64,000 nt of DNA from Candidatus Zixiibacteriota bacterium (GTDB lineage: Bacteria; Zixibacteria; MSB-5A5; CAIYYT01): positions 1 through 64,000 of the forward strand of contig JBECKX010000179.1 in assembly GCA_040235515.1 (NCBI GenBank), written 5' to 3'. Position 1 is the first letter of the stretch. The number at the start of each line of letters is the position of its first letter. The translations under genes and the position numbers were made by a program. The notes beneath the pieces are model-generated. The model ran no database searches and had not been told where the DNA came from. It was given only the letters and a program-made list of their open reading frames with translations. Below are positions 1-9,937 of this stretch, piece by piece.

Positions 1-1
1 G

Positions 2-529
2 CATATACTTGGCGGCCTTGACGTCCCGAGCGGCGGGAGTGTGACGGTGGATGGTGAGAGGATCGACAACCTGGGTGAGGCCGAGATGTCGCGTTATCGC
101 AACGAAAAGTGTGGTTTTGTATTTCAATACCACTACCTTTTGGAGGAATTTGCGGCGGTAGAGAACGTGATGTTGCCATTGATGGTGCGGGGAGAATCAA
201 GGAACAAATCTCACGAGGCTGCCGTTAAAGCCTTGGACGAAGTTGGACTGAGGAGTCGACTCAGCCATCGTCCGGCGCAAATGTCAGGCGGAGAGTGCCA
301 GCGTGCGGCAGTAGCGCGCGCCCTGGTCGGAGCGCCTGCGATTTTGATCGCTGATGAACCGACAGGCAACCTGGATCAAGAAACAGCGGAATCTCTCCAT
401 GATCTACTCGCGCAGTTGAGTCGCGAGAAGAAAATGACGATAATTGTAGCGACTCACGATTTGTCGCTGGCCCAACGCGCAACTCATCGGTACAAGTTGG
501 TAGAGGGTCGGCTTGCAAGGCAGGCGTAA
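2..529 (+). CDS. lolD: Lipoprotein-releasing ABC transporter ATP-binding subunit (LolD-like), 5'-truncated by the window edge
   Basis: Frame is open from base 2 (HILGGLDVPSGG); GFVFQYHYLL Q-loop, MSGGECQRAAVARAL signature, ADEPTGNLD Walker B/D-loop, ATHD H-loop. Confidence 0.85.
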   Translation, partial: HILGGLDVPSGGSVTVDGERIDNLGEAEMSRYRNEKCGFVFQYHYLLEEFAAVENVMLPLMVRGESRNKSHEAAVKALDEVGLRSRLSHRPAQMSGGECQRAAVARALVGAPAILIADEPTGNLDQETAESLHDLLAQLSREKKMTIIVATHDLSLAQRATHRYKLVEGRLARQA

Positions 530-565
530 TCCAAGACGTTCTGTCAGACAAGGACAGTGATTATT

Positions 566-1090
566 ATGCTATGTGAAGACTGCAAAAAACGTGAAGCGAC
601 AGTTCACTTCAAACACCTGATAAACGACAAAGAAGTCACGATGAACCTGTGCGGGAGTTGTGCCAAACGGCGCGGATTCTCGAACCCGCTCAAACCGATC
701 CCGTTCCCGCTGTCAGATTTTCTGACCACGATGGTGAGCGGAACCGGGCCACAGGAAAGTCGGGAGATGCTCGACAAGAAGTGTTCTGTCTGCGGACTGA
801 CCTATTCGAAGTTCACGAAGACGGGTCGGCTTGGCTGCGGGAATTGTTTTGACGCGTTTCGCCAACCGTTGATGGATTTGCTGCGTCGGATACATGGTTC
901 AAACCTGCATCGCGGCAAACGGATCGGTGTGGAGACTTCGATGGAGCCGCTCAAAGAAGAGGCCCGGCTGAAGGATGAGTTAAAAAACGCGATTGATCGA
1001 GAAGATTTTGAACGCGCGGCTCAGATACGCGACATGATTAAAGAGCTGCAGAGTAAGCACGAGAAGACGGAGACGAGTAATGCTCGATGA
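566..1090 (+). CDS. mcsA: McsA, activator of the protein arginine kinase (CxxC motifs + UVR domain)
   Basis: MLCEDC, LCGSCA, KCSVCG, GRLGCGNCF, IHGSNLHRGK, C-terminal EDFERAAQIRDMI; directly upstream of mcsB. ATG 566 preferred over GTG 557. Confidence 0.93.
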   Translation: MLCEDCKKREATVHFKHLINDKEVTMNLCGSCAKRRGFSNPLKPIPFPLSDFLTTMVSGTGPQESREMLDKKCSVCGLTYSKFTKTGRLGCGNCFDAFRQPLMDLLRRIHGSNLHRGKRIGVETSMEPLKEEARLKDELKNAIDREDFERAAQIRDMIKELQSKHEKTETSNAR

Positions 1091-2135
1091 GATGACCAAC
1101 AAAGTCAGTGCCTGGTTGGCGGCCGAGGGCGAGGAATCTCGGATCGTGCTCTCTTCGCGCGTGCGTCTGGCTCGCAACATCAAGAGCATGATCTATCCGC
1201 CGTATGCGGACAACGAGACCCGCGAGCAGATCGTGAATTTCGTTTGTTCGGCACTCGACAAGTCCGAGGGGCTCAAGCATGGTTTCTTTCAGCGCTCCGA
1301 GAATGTCAGTGAGCTTGACCGTGAGTTTCTGATCGAACGGCATTTGATATCGCCGGAGTTTCTGCGCGACGATTCGGTGAGCGGTATTTATATCGCCGAC
1401 GACGAGCGGGTGGCGATCATGGTAAATGAAGAGGATCATCTGCGCATCCAGGCGATGCTTTCCGGCCTGGCGCTGGAGAACACACTGGCCAATGCGCTGA
1501 AGATAGATGATGAGCTGGCGAAGTCGCTTGACTTCGACTACGATACCGATTTTGGCTATCTGACCTCCTGCCCTACCAACGTGGGAACAGGATTGCGGGC
1601 GTCGGTATTGATTCACCTCGCGGGATTGGTATTGACCAAGCGGATCGATTCTGTTATCGAACGTATAACGAAACTTGGTCTCGTCGTCCGCGGGTTCTAT
1701 GGCGAGGGCACCGATGTCTGGGGCAACCTGTTCCAGATTTCGAATCAGACGACGTTGGGTCGCTCTGAAATCGATATTGTGGAAGCCCTGCAAAAGATGA
1801 CAAGGCAGATCATCGAAGCAGAGAGTGAGGCCCGCGACGAGTTGGTTACTCAGGCAGGCAACGAAATCGCCGATAAAATCTGGCGAGCGTTTGGCATTTT
1901 GCAGCATGCTCGCGTATTAACTTCAGAAGAGGTGATGAACCTGCTGAGCGCGGTGCGCCTGGGGATTGCACTCGATATCATTGAGAACATCCCTATGGAA
2001 ACTGTGAACAAGCTTTTGATACTTAGTCAGCCGGCGCATCTGCAGAAATACGTCGGGGAGGAATTGGATGATTCTGAACACGACGTTGCCAGGGCTTCGG
2101 TCGTCCGAGAGATTCTGGCGGGAAGTACCACATAG
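1080..2135 (+). CDS. mcsB: Protein arginine kinase McsB
   Basis: SSRVRLARN, MVNEEDHLRIQ, GYLTSCPTNVGTGLRASV, FQISNQTTLG; lies between mcsA and clpC. Confidence 0.96.
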   Translation: MLDEMTNKVSAWLAAEGEESRIVLSSRVRLARNIKSMIYPPYADNETREQIVNFVCSALDKSEGLKHGFFQRSENVSELDREFLIERHLISPEFLRDDSVSGIYIADDERVAIMVNEEDHLRIQAMLSGLALENTLANALKIDDELAKSLDFDYDTDFGYLTSCPTNVGTGLRASVLIHLAGLVLTKRIDSVIERITKLGLVVRGFYGEGTDVWGNLFQISNQTTLGRSEIDIVEALQKMTRQIIEAESEARDELVTQAGNEIADKIWRAFGILQHARVLTSEEVMNLLSAVRLGIALDIIENIPMETVNKLLILSQPAHLQKYVGEELDDSEHDVARASVVREILAGSTT

Positions 2136-2159
2136 GAAATATTTCGTGCGGAGGTATAG

Positions 2160-4622
2160 ATGAACGAGATGTTTACAGAACTCGCTCGCAAGGCGATCGA
2201 ATACGCCCGCGACGAGGCAGCCAGACTGCGGCACGATTATATTGGAACCGAGCATTTGCTGTTGGGACTCATTCGTCTTGGTGAGGGGCGCTCTGTCGAG
2301 ATTTTCACCAATATTGGTCTCGATCTGAATGAACTGGTCCAATCGGTTGAAGATGTAGTCCAGCCGGCCGGCGGCACGATGACCATGGGTCAGCTACCTT
2401 TGACCGCCCGTGCGAAAAAGACATTGGAAGTCGCGGGACAGGAAGCCCGTGCGTTGAAGTCGAAAGAGATCGACACCGAGCATATCCTCCTCGCCCTGCT
2501 GAAGGATGAAGAGGGTGTTGCGGCCCAGGTGTTGTCGATGTTTGATATCGATTACAAAGATGTCTACGAAGAACTGAAGAATATTCAGAGCGGACAGCCA
2601 TCGTCGTATGGCAAGAAGCGGAAAAAATCAAAGACGCCTGCCCTCGATCACTTCGGTCGTGATCTTACCGAGCTTGCCCGCAAGGGTAAACTTGATCCGA
2701 TCATCGGCCGTGACAATGAGATCGAACGTGTCTCACAGATTCTCTCACGCCGCAAGAAGAACAACCCTGTGCTGATCGGTGAGCCGGGCGTTGGCAAGAC
2801 GGCGATTGTTGAGGGACTGGCGCAGCGCGTGGTATCGGGCCAGGTACCGCAGGTGCTTGAGAACCGCCGCATCGTGATGCTCGATATGGCATCTCTGGTG
2901 GCGGGCACCAAGTACCGTGGTCAGTTCGAGGAACGCCTCAAAGCTGTGATGAATGAGATCACGAACTCACAGGATGTGATTATCTTCATCGACGAGCTGC
3001 ACACTATCGTCGGCGCCGGCGGCGCAGAGGGTTCGCTGGATGCATCAAACATCTTCAAGCCCGCGCTGTCGCGTGGCGAATTGCAGTGTATCGGTGCCAC
3101 GACACTTAACGAGTATCGCAAGTACATCGAGAAGGATGGTGCGCTTGATCGTCGTTTCCATACCGTGATGGTAGAGGAACCCTCCGAAGAGGATTCGATC
3201 AAGATCCTGCAGGGGCTCAAGACCCGCTACGAAGAGCACCATCAGATCGAGATTTCGGATCAGGCGATCAGCGCCGCGGTCCGGTTGTCGAATCGCTATA
3301 TCTCGGGCAAGTTCCAGCCCGACAAGGCGATCGATATCATCGATGAAGCCGGTTCGAGGGCGCACCTGTCGACTTACACCAAGCCGGAGGAATTCGGCGA
3401 GATGGAGTCGCTGATTGCTGACGTGGCGCGTCGCAAAGAGGATGCTGTCAAGAATCAGGAATTCGAAAAGGCCGCCAAGTTGCGTGATGAGCTCAAGGTG
3501 AAGAAAGAAGAATATGAGCAGATGAAGCGCGACTGGGAGGTTCAACGTCAGGAAGAGAAGATCACGCTCTCCGAGGAGAATATCGCGGAGATCGTGGCGA
3601 AGATTACCGGTATTCCGCTGTTCCGTCTCGAAGAGAAGGAATCGAAGCGGTTGCTGCGGATGGAGGAAGAGCTTAAGTCGAAGATCGTCGGGCAGGATGA
3701 AGCGATCATGGCTCTCACCAAGGCAATTCGCCGCGCGCGTGCCGGACTGAAAGATCCGCACCGGCCGATCGGGTCGTTTATCTTCCTTGGCCCTACCGGT
3801 GTTGGTAAGACTGAACTGGCTCGCGTTCTGGCTGAGTTCTTGTTCGAGAACGCCGACGCGCTGGTTCGTATCGATATGTCTGAGTATATGGAGAAGTTTG
3901 CCGTCAGCCGTCTGATCGGCGCTCCTCCCGGTTATGTCGGATATGAAGAGGGCGGACAGCTCACTGAGAAGGTGCGCCGTCACCCCTATTCGGTCGTGCT
4001 GCTCGATGAAATCGAGAAGGCGCATCCGGATGTGTTCAACATCCTGCTGCAATTGCTCGATGATGGCAGCTTGACCGACTCGTATGGTCGCAAGGTTGAT
4101 TTCCGCAACACCGTAATTATCATGACCTCGAACGCCGGAACGAAGGATATTCGTGCCGGAAAGACTCTCGGCTTTGCCGCCGGTCAGGTTGAGGCTGACT
4201 ATGACACGATGAAGCAGGCGGTGATGACCGAGATGAAGAAGATCTTCAATCCGGAGTTGATCAACCGTATCGACGAAACGATCATCTTCCATTCACTTGA
4301 GATTCAGCATATTGTTGAGATCATCGACATCATGCTGGCCGAGATGGCGGACCGTCTTGCCGAGCGCGGCTTGAGCATCACCGTTACCGATGATGCCAAG
4401 AAGTTTATCGCTGAGAAGGGTTTCGATCCGGTCTATGGAGCGCGTCACCTCAAGCGTGCGCTGCAACGTTACCTGGATGATCCGCTGGCGGAGGAGATCC
4501 TTGCCGGCCAGTTTGCTGGCGACTGCGACATTATTGTCGGGTTGGCCGAGAGCAAGGATAAGCTTCACTTCTCGATCAACCAGAGCGAACCTGCTAAGAA
4601 GGGCGAAAAGGTTAACGGCTAG
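2160..4622 (+). CDS. clpC: ATP-dependent Clp protease ATP-binding subunit ClpC
   Basis: Two Clp-N repeats (TEHLLL/TEHILL), two AAA+ modules ([16 protein letters not shown]), UVR middle domain, TLGF ClpP-binding loop. Confidence 0.97.
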   Translation: MNEMFTELARKAIEYARDEAARLRHDYIGTEHLLLGLIRLGEGRSVEIFTNIGLDLNELVQSVEDVVQPAGGTMTMGQLPLTARAKKTLEVAGQEARALKSKEIDTEHILLALLKDEEGVAAQVLSMFDIDYKDVYEELKNIQSGQPSSYGKKRKKSKTPALDHFGRDLTELARKGKLDPIIGRDNEIERVSQILSRRKKNNPVLIGEPGVGKTAIVEGLAQRVVSGQVPQVLENRRIVMLDMASLVAGTKYRGQFEERLKAVMNEITNSQDVIIFIDELHTIVGAGGAEGSLDASNIFKPALSRGELQCIGATTLNEYRKYIEKDGALDRRFHTVMVEEPSEEDSIKILQGLKTRYEEHHQIEISDQAISAAVRLSNRYISGKFQPDKAIDIIDEAGSRAHLSTYTKPEEFGEMESLIADVARRKEDAVKNQEFEKAAKLRDELKVKKEEYEQMKRDWEVQRQEEKITLSEENIAEIVAKITGIPLFRLEEKESKRLLRMEEELKSKIVGQDEAIMALTKAIRRARAGLKDPHRPIGSFIFLGPTGVGKTELARVLAEFLFENADALVRIDMSEYMEKFAVSRLIGAPPGYVGYEEGGQLTEKVRRHPYSVVLLDEIEKAHPDVFNILLQLLDDGSLTDSYGRKVDFRNTVIIMTSNAGTKDIRAGKTLGFAAGQVEADYDTMKQAVMTEMKKIFNPELINRIDETIIFHSLEIQHIVEIIDIMLAEMADRLAERGLSITVTDDAKKFIAEKGFDPVYGARHLKRALQRYLDDPLAEEILAGQFAGDCDIIVGLAESKDKLHFSINQSEPAKKGEKVNG

Positions 4623-4678
4623 CTGAGCTCACTTTCGCGGTGCACGAGGACATACGCCGCGCACAGTTTAGATACTTG

Positions 4679-4710
4679 ACGGGTACTCTGCGAAGGGTGC
4701 CCGTTTTTTT
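4679..4710 (+). terminator. Rho-independent terminator of the clpC operon
   Basis: acgggtactct-gcga-agggtgcccgt stem with GNRA loop followed by a T run. Confidence 0.85.
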
Positions 4711-4777
4711 GTGCAATTTTGTGGGTACAGTAGCAGGCAGGCCTCGAGCAGGCGCGAACCGCTATTCTACTTCCTTA

Positions 4778-6556
4778 CTAATCAATCGGTCCGGCGATCT
4801 TGAGAATCCGTCGATCGCCGCCCACCAGCGCATCGGATGTTACATACGCGACCCAGATCGGGCCGCCGAACAAAGTGGAGCCCCAGTTGTCAATCAGGTC
4901 AGGGTAAACAAGATGTTTCTTGGTAGCAATATAGCCGGAGGGACCTGCCGTATTCGGATTCTGATTGTAGAGAGCGACATAATCAAATTCCCCCTCCTCC
5001 GACATATCCCAGGTCACTGTAACCCCTCCGAGGATCTCGCGTTTGATGGTCAGGCTGCTCGGCTTCGGGCTGGTGTAGGGTGCTGACACAGCGATAACAT
5101 CCTTGAAGCTATTGATGTAGGCTGCATGTAAACCCTCTGTCTTGGTGATCTGCGTTTGCTGCGAGTTTCCCTGAATCACCCATTCCCACGGATTCGCCAG
5201 TAGGTCCGCAGCGGTTACTTCAGTGGGACAATTGTCGCACAGCATCACGCGATCGCAGGGTCCCTGGATCCTGCCGCCCCAGTTGAGTCGCAGTTTGCCA
5301 TCGTGAACATCGACCGAGATCGAGGGTATACCGGGATTCTGAATTCTTTCCAGGCGGTCAACATACTTGTCGCGGTCATGCCCGGCTGCCCCGTAGCTGC
5401 CCGGACACGGTCTGATTGCCGGTCCGCAGCTTCCGATTTCGGCTCCATCAGCGAGTTCCATCCGTGTCGCGATGACATTGCCACTGCCATCGAGGGCAGA
5501 GTTGAGCACCGCCATATGATCGGGACGTTCATAGCCGACAGGTACATAGGGTACCGGATCGGTTCGTTCCATGACTCCAAAGGCGTTCGGTACGCGCTGC
5601 CGAAAGTAAGTGAGTAGATTGGATTTGAACGGCTTGGGTGCTGCGATCGAGTACATCACGATGTTGTTGCGCTGGTATCCGAAGTGATTCACCAGCCAGT
5701 TTGAGAGGTCGAGTGCCGCCAGGATCGTCAGCCCTCCGCCCAGGCTGTGCCCGGTGAAGTAGATGTGTGCGGTCGCAGGATCGGAAAGTTCTCCGATTGC
5801 TGCCGACAACGCGGACTTCAACTGTGCCCTAACGCTTGCGTACGCACAAAAGAAGCCCCTGTGAACTGCGTCGGGCACGATTGTGCCATCATCAAACTGC
5901 CAGTCGACGGCATTCGCAAACTGCGCGTCTGTCAGCCAATCGGGAATCGATTCCGTGCCGCGAAACACGACCGCGATGTCATCTGTCCATGGATCGCGCA
6001 CAAGATAGAGCTGCGTATCGGACTGGCCGGGGATTTGCGGCACACTACAATTGAATGCAGGGTCGGATTCTATGAATGTAATTGCAGACCAGCAATTGCG
6101 GACAATCTCGCCCGGTTCCAGCGACTCATCAATGTGATAGGCTGCTGCGGAGAGTCGCGCCATCTGTGTCGCGGTCTCCTGGTCAAAGGCGGTTGTGTAG
6201 TCGCGCGGGCAATAGTCAGCTTCCGTGTAGCAACAAGGCTGGAGGTCTCCGATGCTGTACAGGTAGGCGACAAGGTGGACGCAATCCGTCATATTGACTG
6301 TGCCATCGCAGTTTTGATCTGCATTTTGCAATGGTTCAGGCGCCGGGCCACCGGCAAAGATATAGTTGAGGGTAAACTGTACATCAGTCAAGTTCAGTTT
6401 GCCGGAGCCATCGGCATCGCCGCAAACCACTTCATCCGCGGGCAATTGGGATGACTGCGCTCCAGCGGCTTTGGTTAGCGGACCGACGACGTGTAGAGAT
6501 TGCGTGTTCGGATTGAGTAAGAATGTAACAGCTACGAGAAATATCACGAATCGCAT
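4778..6556 (-). CDS. Secreted class 3 lipase-family protein with N-terminal dockerin-like domain and two C-terminal beta-sandwich-like repeats
   Basis: Signal peptide; CGDADGSGKLNLTD...ADQNCDGTVNMTD duplicated Ca-binding motif; VVFRGTES, VHRGF, FTGHSLGG nucleophile elbow, DPVPYVP. Confidence 0.8.
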   Translation of the reverse strand: MRFVIFLVAVTFLLNPNTQSLHVVGPLTKAAGAQSSQLPADEVVCGDADGSGKLNLTDVQFTLNYIFAGGPAPEPLQNADQNCDGTVNMTDCVHLVAYLYSIGDLQPCCYTEADYCPRDYTTAFDQETATQMARLSAAAYHIDESLEPGEIVRNCWSAITFIESDPAFNCSVPQIPGQSDTQLYLVRDPWTDDIAVVFRGTESIPDWLTDAQFANAVDWQFDDGTIVPDAVHRGFFCAYASVRAQLKSALSAAIGELSDPATAHIYFTGHSLGGGLTILAALDLSNWLVNHFGYQRNNIVMYSIAAPKPFKSNLLTYFRQRVPNAFGVMERTDPVPYVPVGYERPDHMAVLNSALDGSGNVIATRMELADGAEIGSCGPAIRPCPGSYGAAGHDRDKYVDRLERIQNPGIPSISVDVHDGKLRLNWGGRIQGPCDRVMLCDNCPTEVTAADLLANPWEWVIQGNSQQTQITKTEGLHAAYINSFKDVIAVSAPYTSPKPSSLTIKREILGGVTVTWDMSEEGEFDYVALYNQNPNTAGPSGYIATKKHLVYPDLIDNWGSTLFGGPIWVAYVTSDALVGGDRRILKIAGPID

Positions 6557-6677
6557 GAAGGGTTACTCCCGGTTGGAGCCAAGCAGGCACTTACGAAATA
6601 TACTAACTTGGTCTACTTTGTCAATGACCGATTCCCCGGAACGGCTAGCCGAACTTACATTAGATTGACTTATTTGT

Positions 6678-6707
6678 CGGGCGCTCAGAGATGGGCGCCC
6701 GTTTTTT
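6678..6707 (+). terminator. Terminator-like hairpin in a divergent intergenic region
   Basis: cgggcgctca-gaga-tgggcgcccg followed by T6. Confidence 0.7.
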
Positions 6708-6868
6708 GTGTGATGCCGATCTGTGGCAGGCAGCCGAGGACGACTGTCGCGTACTGACGTGTCGTCAACTCTGCTTGGAATACTACTGAAACATTGATAT
6801 ATTCCTCCTCAACCAGGTTGCATAAGGCACTTCGCAGCGCTTTAGAAAGAATACCTTACGGAGGAACC

Positions 6869-8050
6869 ATGAAGATAGCTCCATCACTCATCTGCATCTG
6901 TGTGTTATTGGCAACCTTGCCACTGATCCATGCGCAGGAGGTACCGCCGCTACCGCAGCTCGACTCTCAACTTCAACAGCGATTGACGACCTACCTCAAC
7001 GAACATGGCGAGTTCCCTGACAACTACATCCTCGACAAGTTTGAATACCACGATGTAGTCATCCTCGGTGAACAACATCGTGCACGGCAAGACCCGCTCC
7101 TTGTTCAAAGCATGATCCCGCTCTTGCCGAGCGCTGGGGTTTACATACTATGTACCGAGTTTGCGCGGCGGGAAGACCAACCTCTTATCGACTCGCTGCT
7201 AACGGGGAGCGAGTATGATGAAAAGCTCGCTGAGGAGATCGCGATGCGACAATTCGTCCACTGGGGTTACGTGGAGTATGTCGACATCTTCAAAGCTGCC
7301 TGGCAATACAATCACGACCGCCAACAGGGTGAGCGCGCATTCAGAATTCTCGGCCTTAACAATTCGCCCGAGTGGTGGCATATCGAAACACAGGAACAGC
7401 GAGATGATCCGGAATTCCGGCGAAAGGTGTGGCACGGGGAGTCAGAGAAGGACTGGGCTGATTGTCTCCTACGTGAAGTTATCGAGAAAAATGAGAAGGC
7501 GCTGGTCTACTGCGGGATCAACCATGGGATTACTGAGTATCGCCAACCCGTGGTGGTCGACGGGAAGTTTGTCCGCTTTGTTGAGGATCGTTTCGGCCGC
7601 TATCTCTTCAATGCCATTGGAAAACGGGTTATCACGATTTATCTGCACAACTCCTGGGTAAATGCTGAAGGGTGGAGCGCACCGAGTGTGCGTCCGGCGG
7701 ATGGCTACATTGATGCGTTGATGAAAGAAATTGGTCCGGATGCGTATCCGGTAGGCTTTGACACAAAAGGCACCCCCTTCGGCGACCTCCCCGGCGCGAC
7801 AAGCCTGTACTCCTTTGGCTACGAAGATTTCACTCTGGCTGATTTTTGCGATGGCTATATCTATCAGATGCCGTTCTCGGAGTTTGTGCCCATAACCTGT
7901 ATTGACGGTTATTACAGTAGTGAAAACATCGACTTCGCGCGTCGAAATGCATTAAATCCCTGGTTTCGCGACCAACCGATTGAGGAATTTGAGAGCTCGT
8001 GTGAGGAAACCAGGCAGGAGAATCTGGATCGGTGGGGGAAGCTTAGGTAG
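6869..8050 (+). CDS. Secreted protein, probable ChaN/EreA (TIKI superfamily)-like fold
   Basis: GGAGG RBS before ATG 6869, signal peptide, DVVILGEQH, LCTEF, ALVYCGINHG motifs; family assignment is an inference. Confidence 0.55.
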   Translation: MKIAPSLICICVLLATLPLIHAQEVPPLPQLDSQLQQRLTTYLNEHGEFPDNYILDKFEYHDVVILGEQHRARQDPLLVQSMIPLLPSAGVYILCTEFARREDQPLIDSLLTGSEYDEKLAEEIAMRQFVHWGYVEYVDIFKAAWQYNHDRQQGERAFRILGLNNSPEWWHIETQEQRDDPEFRRKVWHGESEKDWADCLLREVIEKNEKALVYCGINHGITEYRQPVVVDGKFVRFVEDRFGRYLFNAIGKRVITIYLHNSWVNAEGWSAPSVRPADGYIDALMKEIGPDAYPVGFDTKGTPFGDLPGATSLYSFGYEDFTLADFCDGYIYQMPFSEFVPITCIDGYYSSENIDFARRNALNPWFRDQPIEEFESSCEETRQENLDRWGKLR

Positions 8051-8183
8051 TAAGTCGAGCTCCCCCGCCCCGAACCATAACCCCGCTTGCGCGACTATAT
8101 CAGCAGAATGATATTCTCTAGTCAGAATGTCTTGATGAATCCATTAAGACCAGTTTTCTCATGTCACAGGAGATATAGAGTCG

Positions 8184-8840
8184 ATGCCATGGCATGATGT
8201 CGTGCAAGGTGAAGATATTGTAACCATCGCCAGAGAATACAATATCGGTAACTGGGAGCTAATCTGGGATCATCCGGAGAATGCCCGCCTGCGTGCTGAG
8301 CGCGACAGCCCGTATGTTCTCGCACCCGACGATCGCGTCTTTGTACCAGACTATCGCGGTGAGGTAGTTGTGTTGCAGTCGGGATCACGGCATAGCCTTG
8401 TCTACGCCGGACCAACCCAGCGGCATGTTCGTTTGGCACTTTGCGATGGTCGCCGCAATCCCTTTAGAGAGACACGCTACGCGCTGACAGTGGGCAACGA
8501 AACGGTAGAAGGCTCAACTGATGATGCCGGCGCACTGGATGTTATCGTTCCGGTCGACGCATCCTCCGCTGACTTAACTCTCTTCCCCCGTGATGGCAAC
8601 GACGACCTGAAGTATGAATGGCGACTGCGGCTGGGATACCTTGATCCGATCAGCTCGGTTTCCGGGGTTAAGGCGCGGCTCCGCAACCTGGGATATCACA
8701 TTGGTGAAGTAAACGACACCGCAGATGAAGAACTGAACAATGCAGTGACCTTATTCAGAGCCCAATACTCGCTCCCGGTAAGCAGCGAGATAGATGACGA
8801 TTTTCGCACGCAGTTGCGACTCGCGCACGGCGGCAGCTAG
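8184..8840 (+). CDS. LysM-like N-terminal domain + C-terminal peptidoglycan-binding (PG_binding_1-like) protein
   Basis: HDVVQGEDIVTIAREY..IWDHPEN..VLAPDDRVFVP; C-terminal GVKARLRNLGY..AVTLFRAQYSLPVSSEIDDDFRTQL; AGGAG RBS. Confidence 0.7.
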   Translation: MPWHDVVQGEDIVTIAREYNIGNWELIWDHPENARLRAERDSPYVLAPDDRVFVPDYRGEVVVLQSGSRHSLVYAGPTQRHVRLALCDGRRNPFRETRYALTVGNETVEGSTDDAGALDVIVPVDASSADLTLFPRDGNDDLKYEWRLRLGYLDPISSVSGVKARLRNLGYHIGEVNDTADEELNNAVTLFRAQYSLPVSSEIDDDFRTQLRLAHGGS

Positions 8841-8864
8841 ATCATGAAGAGGAAGCAGGAATAG

Positions 8865-9755
8865 ATGCGTGAGGTTTCGGTCGCCTATGATGGCTGGCAG
8901 GTTCTTTCCCCACCGCAGAAGGGAATAATTTTCGTCCCGCAATATGATCGCAACCAGCTTTGGGTTGAGCGTGTAAATGAAGCGGGCAATCACGCGGAGT
9001 GGATTCGCAGAGCCAATTGGGATGGAGGTGAAAGCGAAGCCACGACCTTCAGCGAAGCTAATCTGCGCATGACGCGACGAAATCCGCACGACGCCCGCTA
9101 TTTCAGGGACAACGCTGTTCTGATCTGCCAGGCACACGGCTGGCCACGCGACTGTATTATTGAGATCGACAATGGCGCGCCAAACTCTCATGCCGAAGGA
9201 GATGGCGCCGATGAGGCTTCAAAGCGGCGGCAAGTGATCGATGCGCTGGATGCGCAGTCTGTGACGGAGCCATGGAGTCTCGTGGTGTTTATCAATCACG
9301 GCTGGGACACCGGAATCCAGATGGGGTTCAATATTCGCTCAGAACCTCAGGCGCAACGAACGCGCGAGATGCTGCAGCTGATCGCAGAGCGCAGTCGCAC
9401 AGACCTGGTCCTACCGATTTACGGTTGCGATACCGCGAAGGGTGAAAACGGTGGTGAAGGGCACTTCGCCGATTTCGTTCGTGACACCCTGCGCGACTTT
9501 GGACTGGCCAATTGTCGCATCGATGGTCATACGGTAGCCGGGAAAGCGATGGAATGCCCTCATGTACGCAGGTTCGAGGGCAGCGGGCGGGGCGGCGAAT
9601 GGATCATCGACCCCGGGCCGGAACCCTTGAATCCCAGCGATTCCTTCAATGCCTGGAAGCACGCGTTGTTGGAGCGCGGCGCTGACTCGCTCAAACTGCG
9701 CTACCCGCTGATGAGCACGGCGGCGATACGCGCGGAAGTAAGTCGTTTGCTCTAA
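8865..9755 (+). CDS. Hypothetical protein with HG...YGC motifs (possible caspase-hemoglobinase-fold cysteine hydrolase)
   Basis: 296-aa ORF with RBS, 24 bp after the LysM gene; LVVFINHGW and LVLPIYGCDTA. Confidence 0.55.
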   Translation: MREVSVAYDGWQVLSPPQKGIIFVPQYDRNQLWVERVNEAGNHAEWIRRANWDGGESEATTFSEANLRMTRRNPHDARYFRDNAVLICQAHGWPRDCIIEIDNGAPNSHAEGDGADEASKRRQVIDALDAQSVTEPWSLVVFINHGWDTGIQMGFNIRSEPQAQRTREMLQLIAERSRTDLVLPIYGCDTAKGENGGEGHFADFVRDTLRDFGLANCRIDGHTVAGKAMECPHVRRFEGSGRGGEWIIDPGPEPLNPSDSFNAWKHALLERGADSLKLRYPLMSTAAIRAEVSRLL

Positions 9756-9834
9756 ATAGCTTAGTGTGAAATCATGGACGGGTGGATAACTCTGATCCCA
9801 ATTCCCCGGACTCCACCTGCCCCCTATTTTTCCC

Positions 9835-9862
9835 TTGACGCTCTACCGATACCAGATATATT
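9835..9862 (+). promoter_or_regulatory. Sigma70-like promoter of rpmA
   Basis: TTGACG-N16-TATATT about 75 nt upstream of the start. Confidence 0.5.
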
Positions 9863-9937
9863 GTTGGGCTACGAGGGGTGCCGCCTTGGCGTGCGCCTCC
9901 GTATTTGTTTTTAAGTTGAAACTTAGGAGGTTTAACC

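Noticed and set aside
3045..4292. 415-aa antisense ORF over clpC (and similar long antisense ORFs over mcsB, ccoNO, prx, M43 protease and the kinase)
   Set aside because: Shadow ORFs expected from GC-rich codon bias opposite well-supported genes; no motifs
4640..5086. 148-aa plus-strand ORF after clpC
   Set aside because: Runs through the terminator and overlaps the lipase antisense; no protein features
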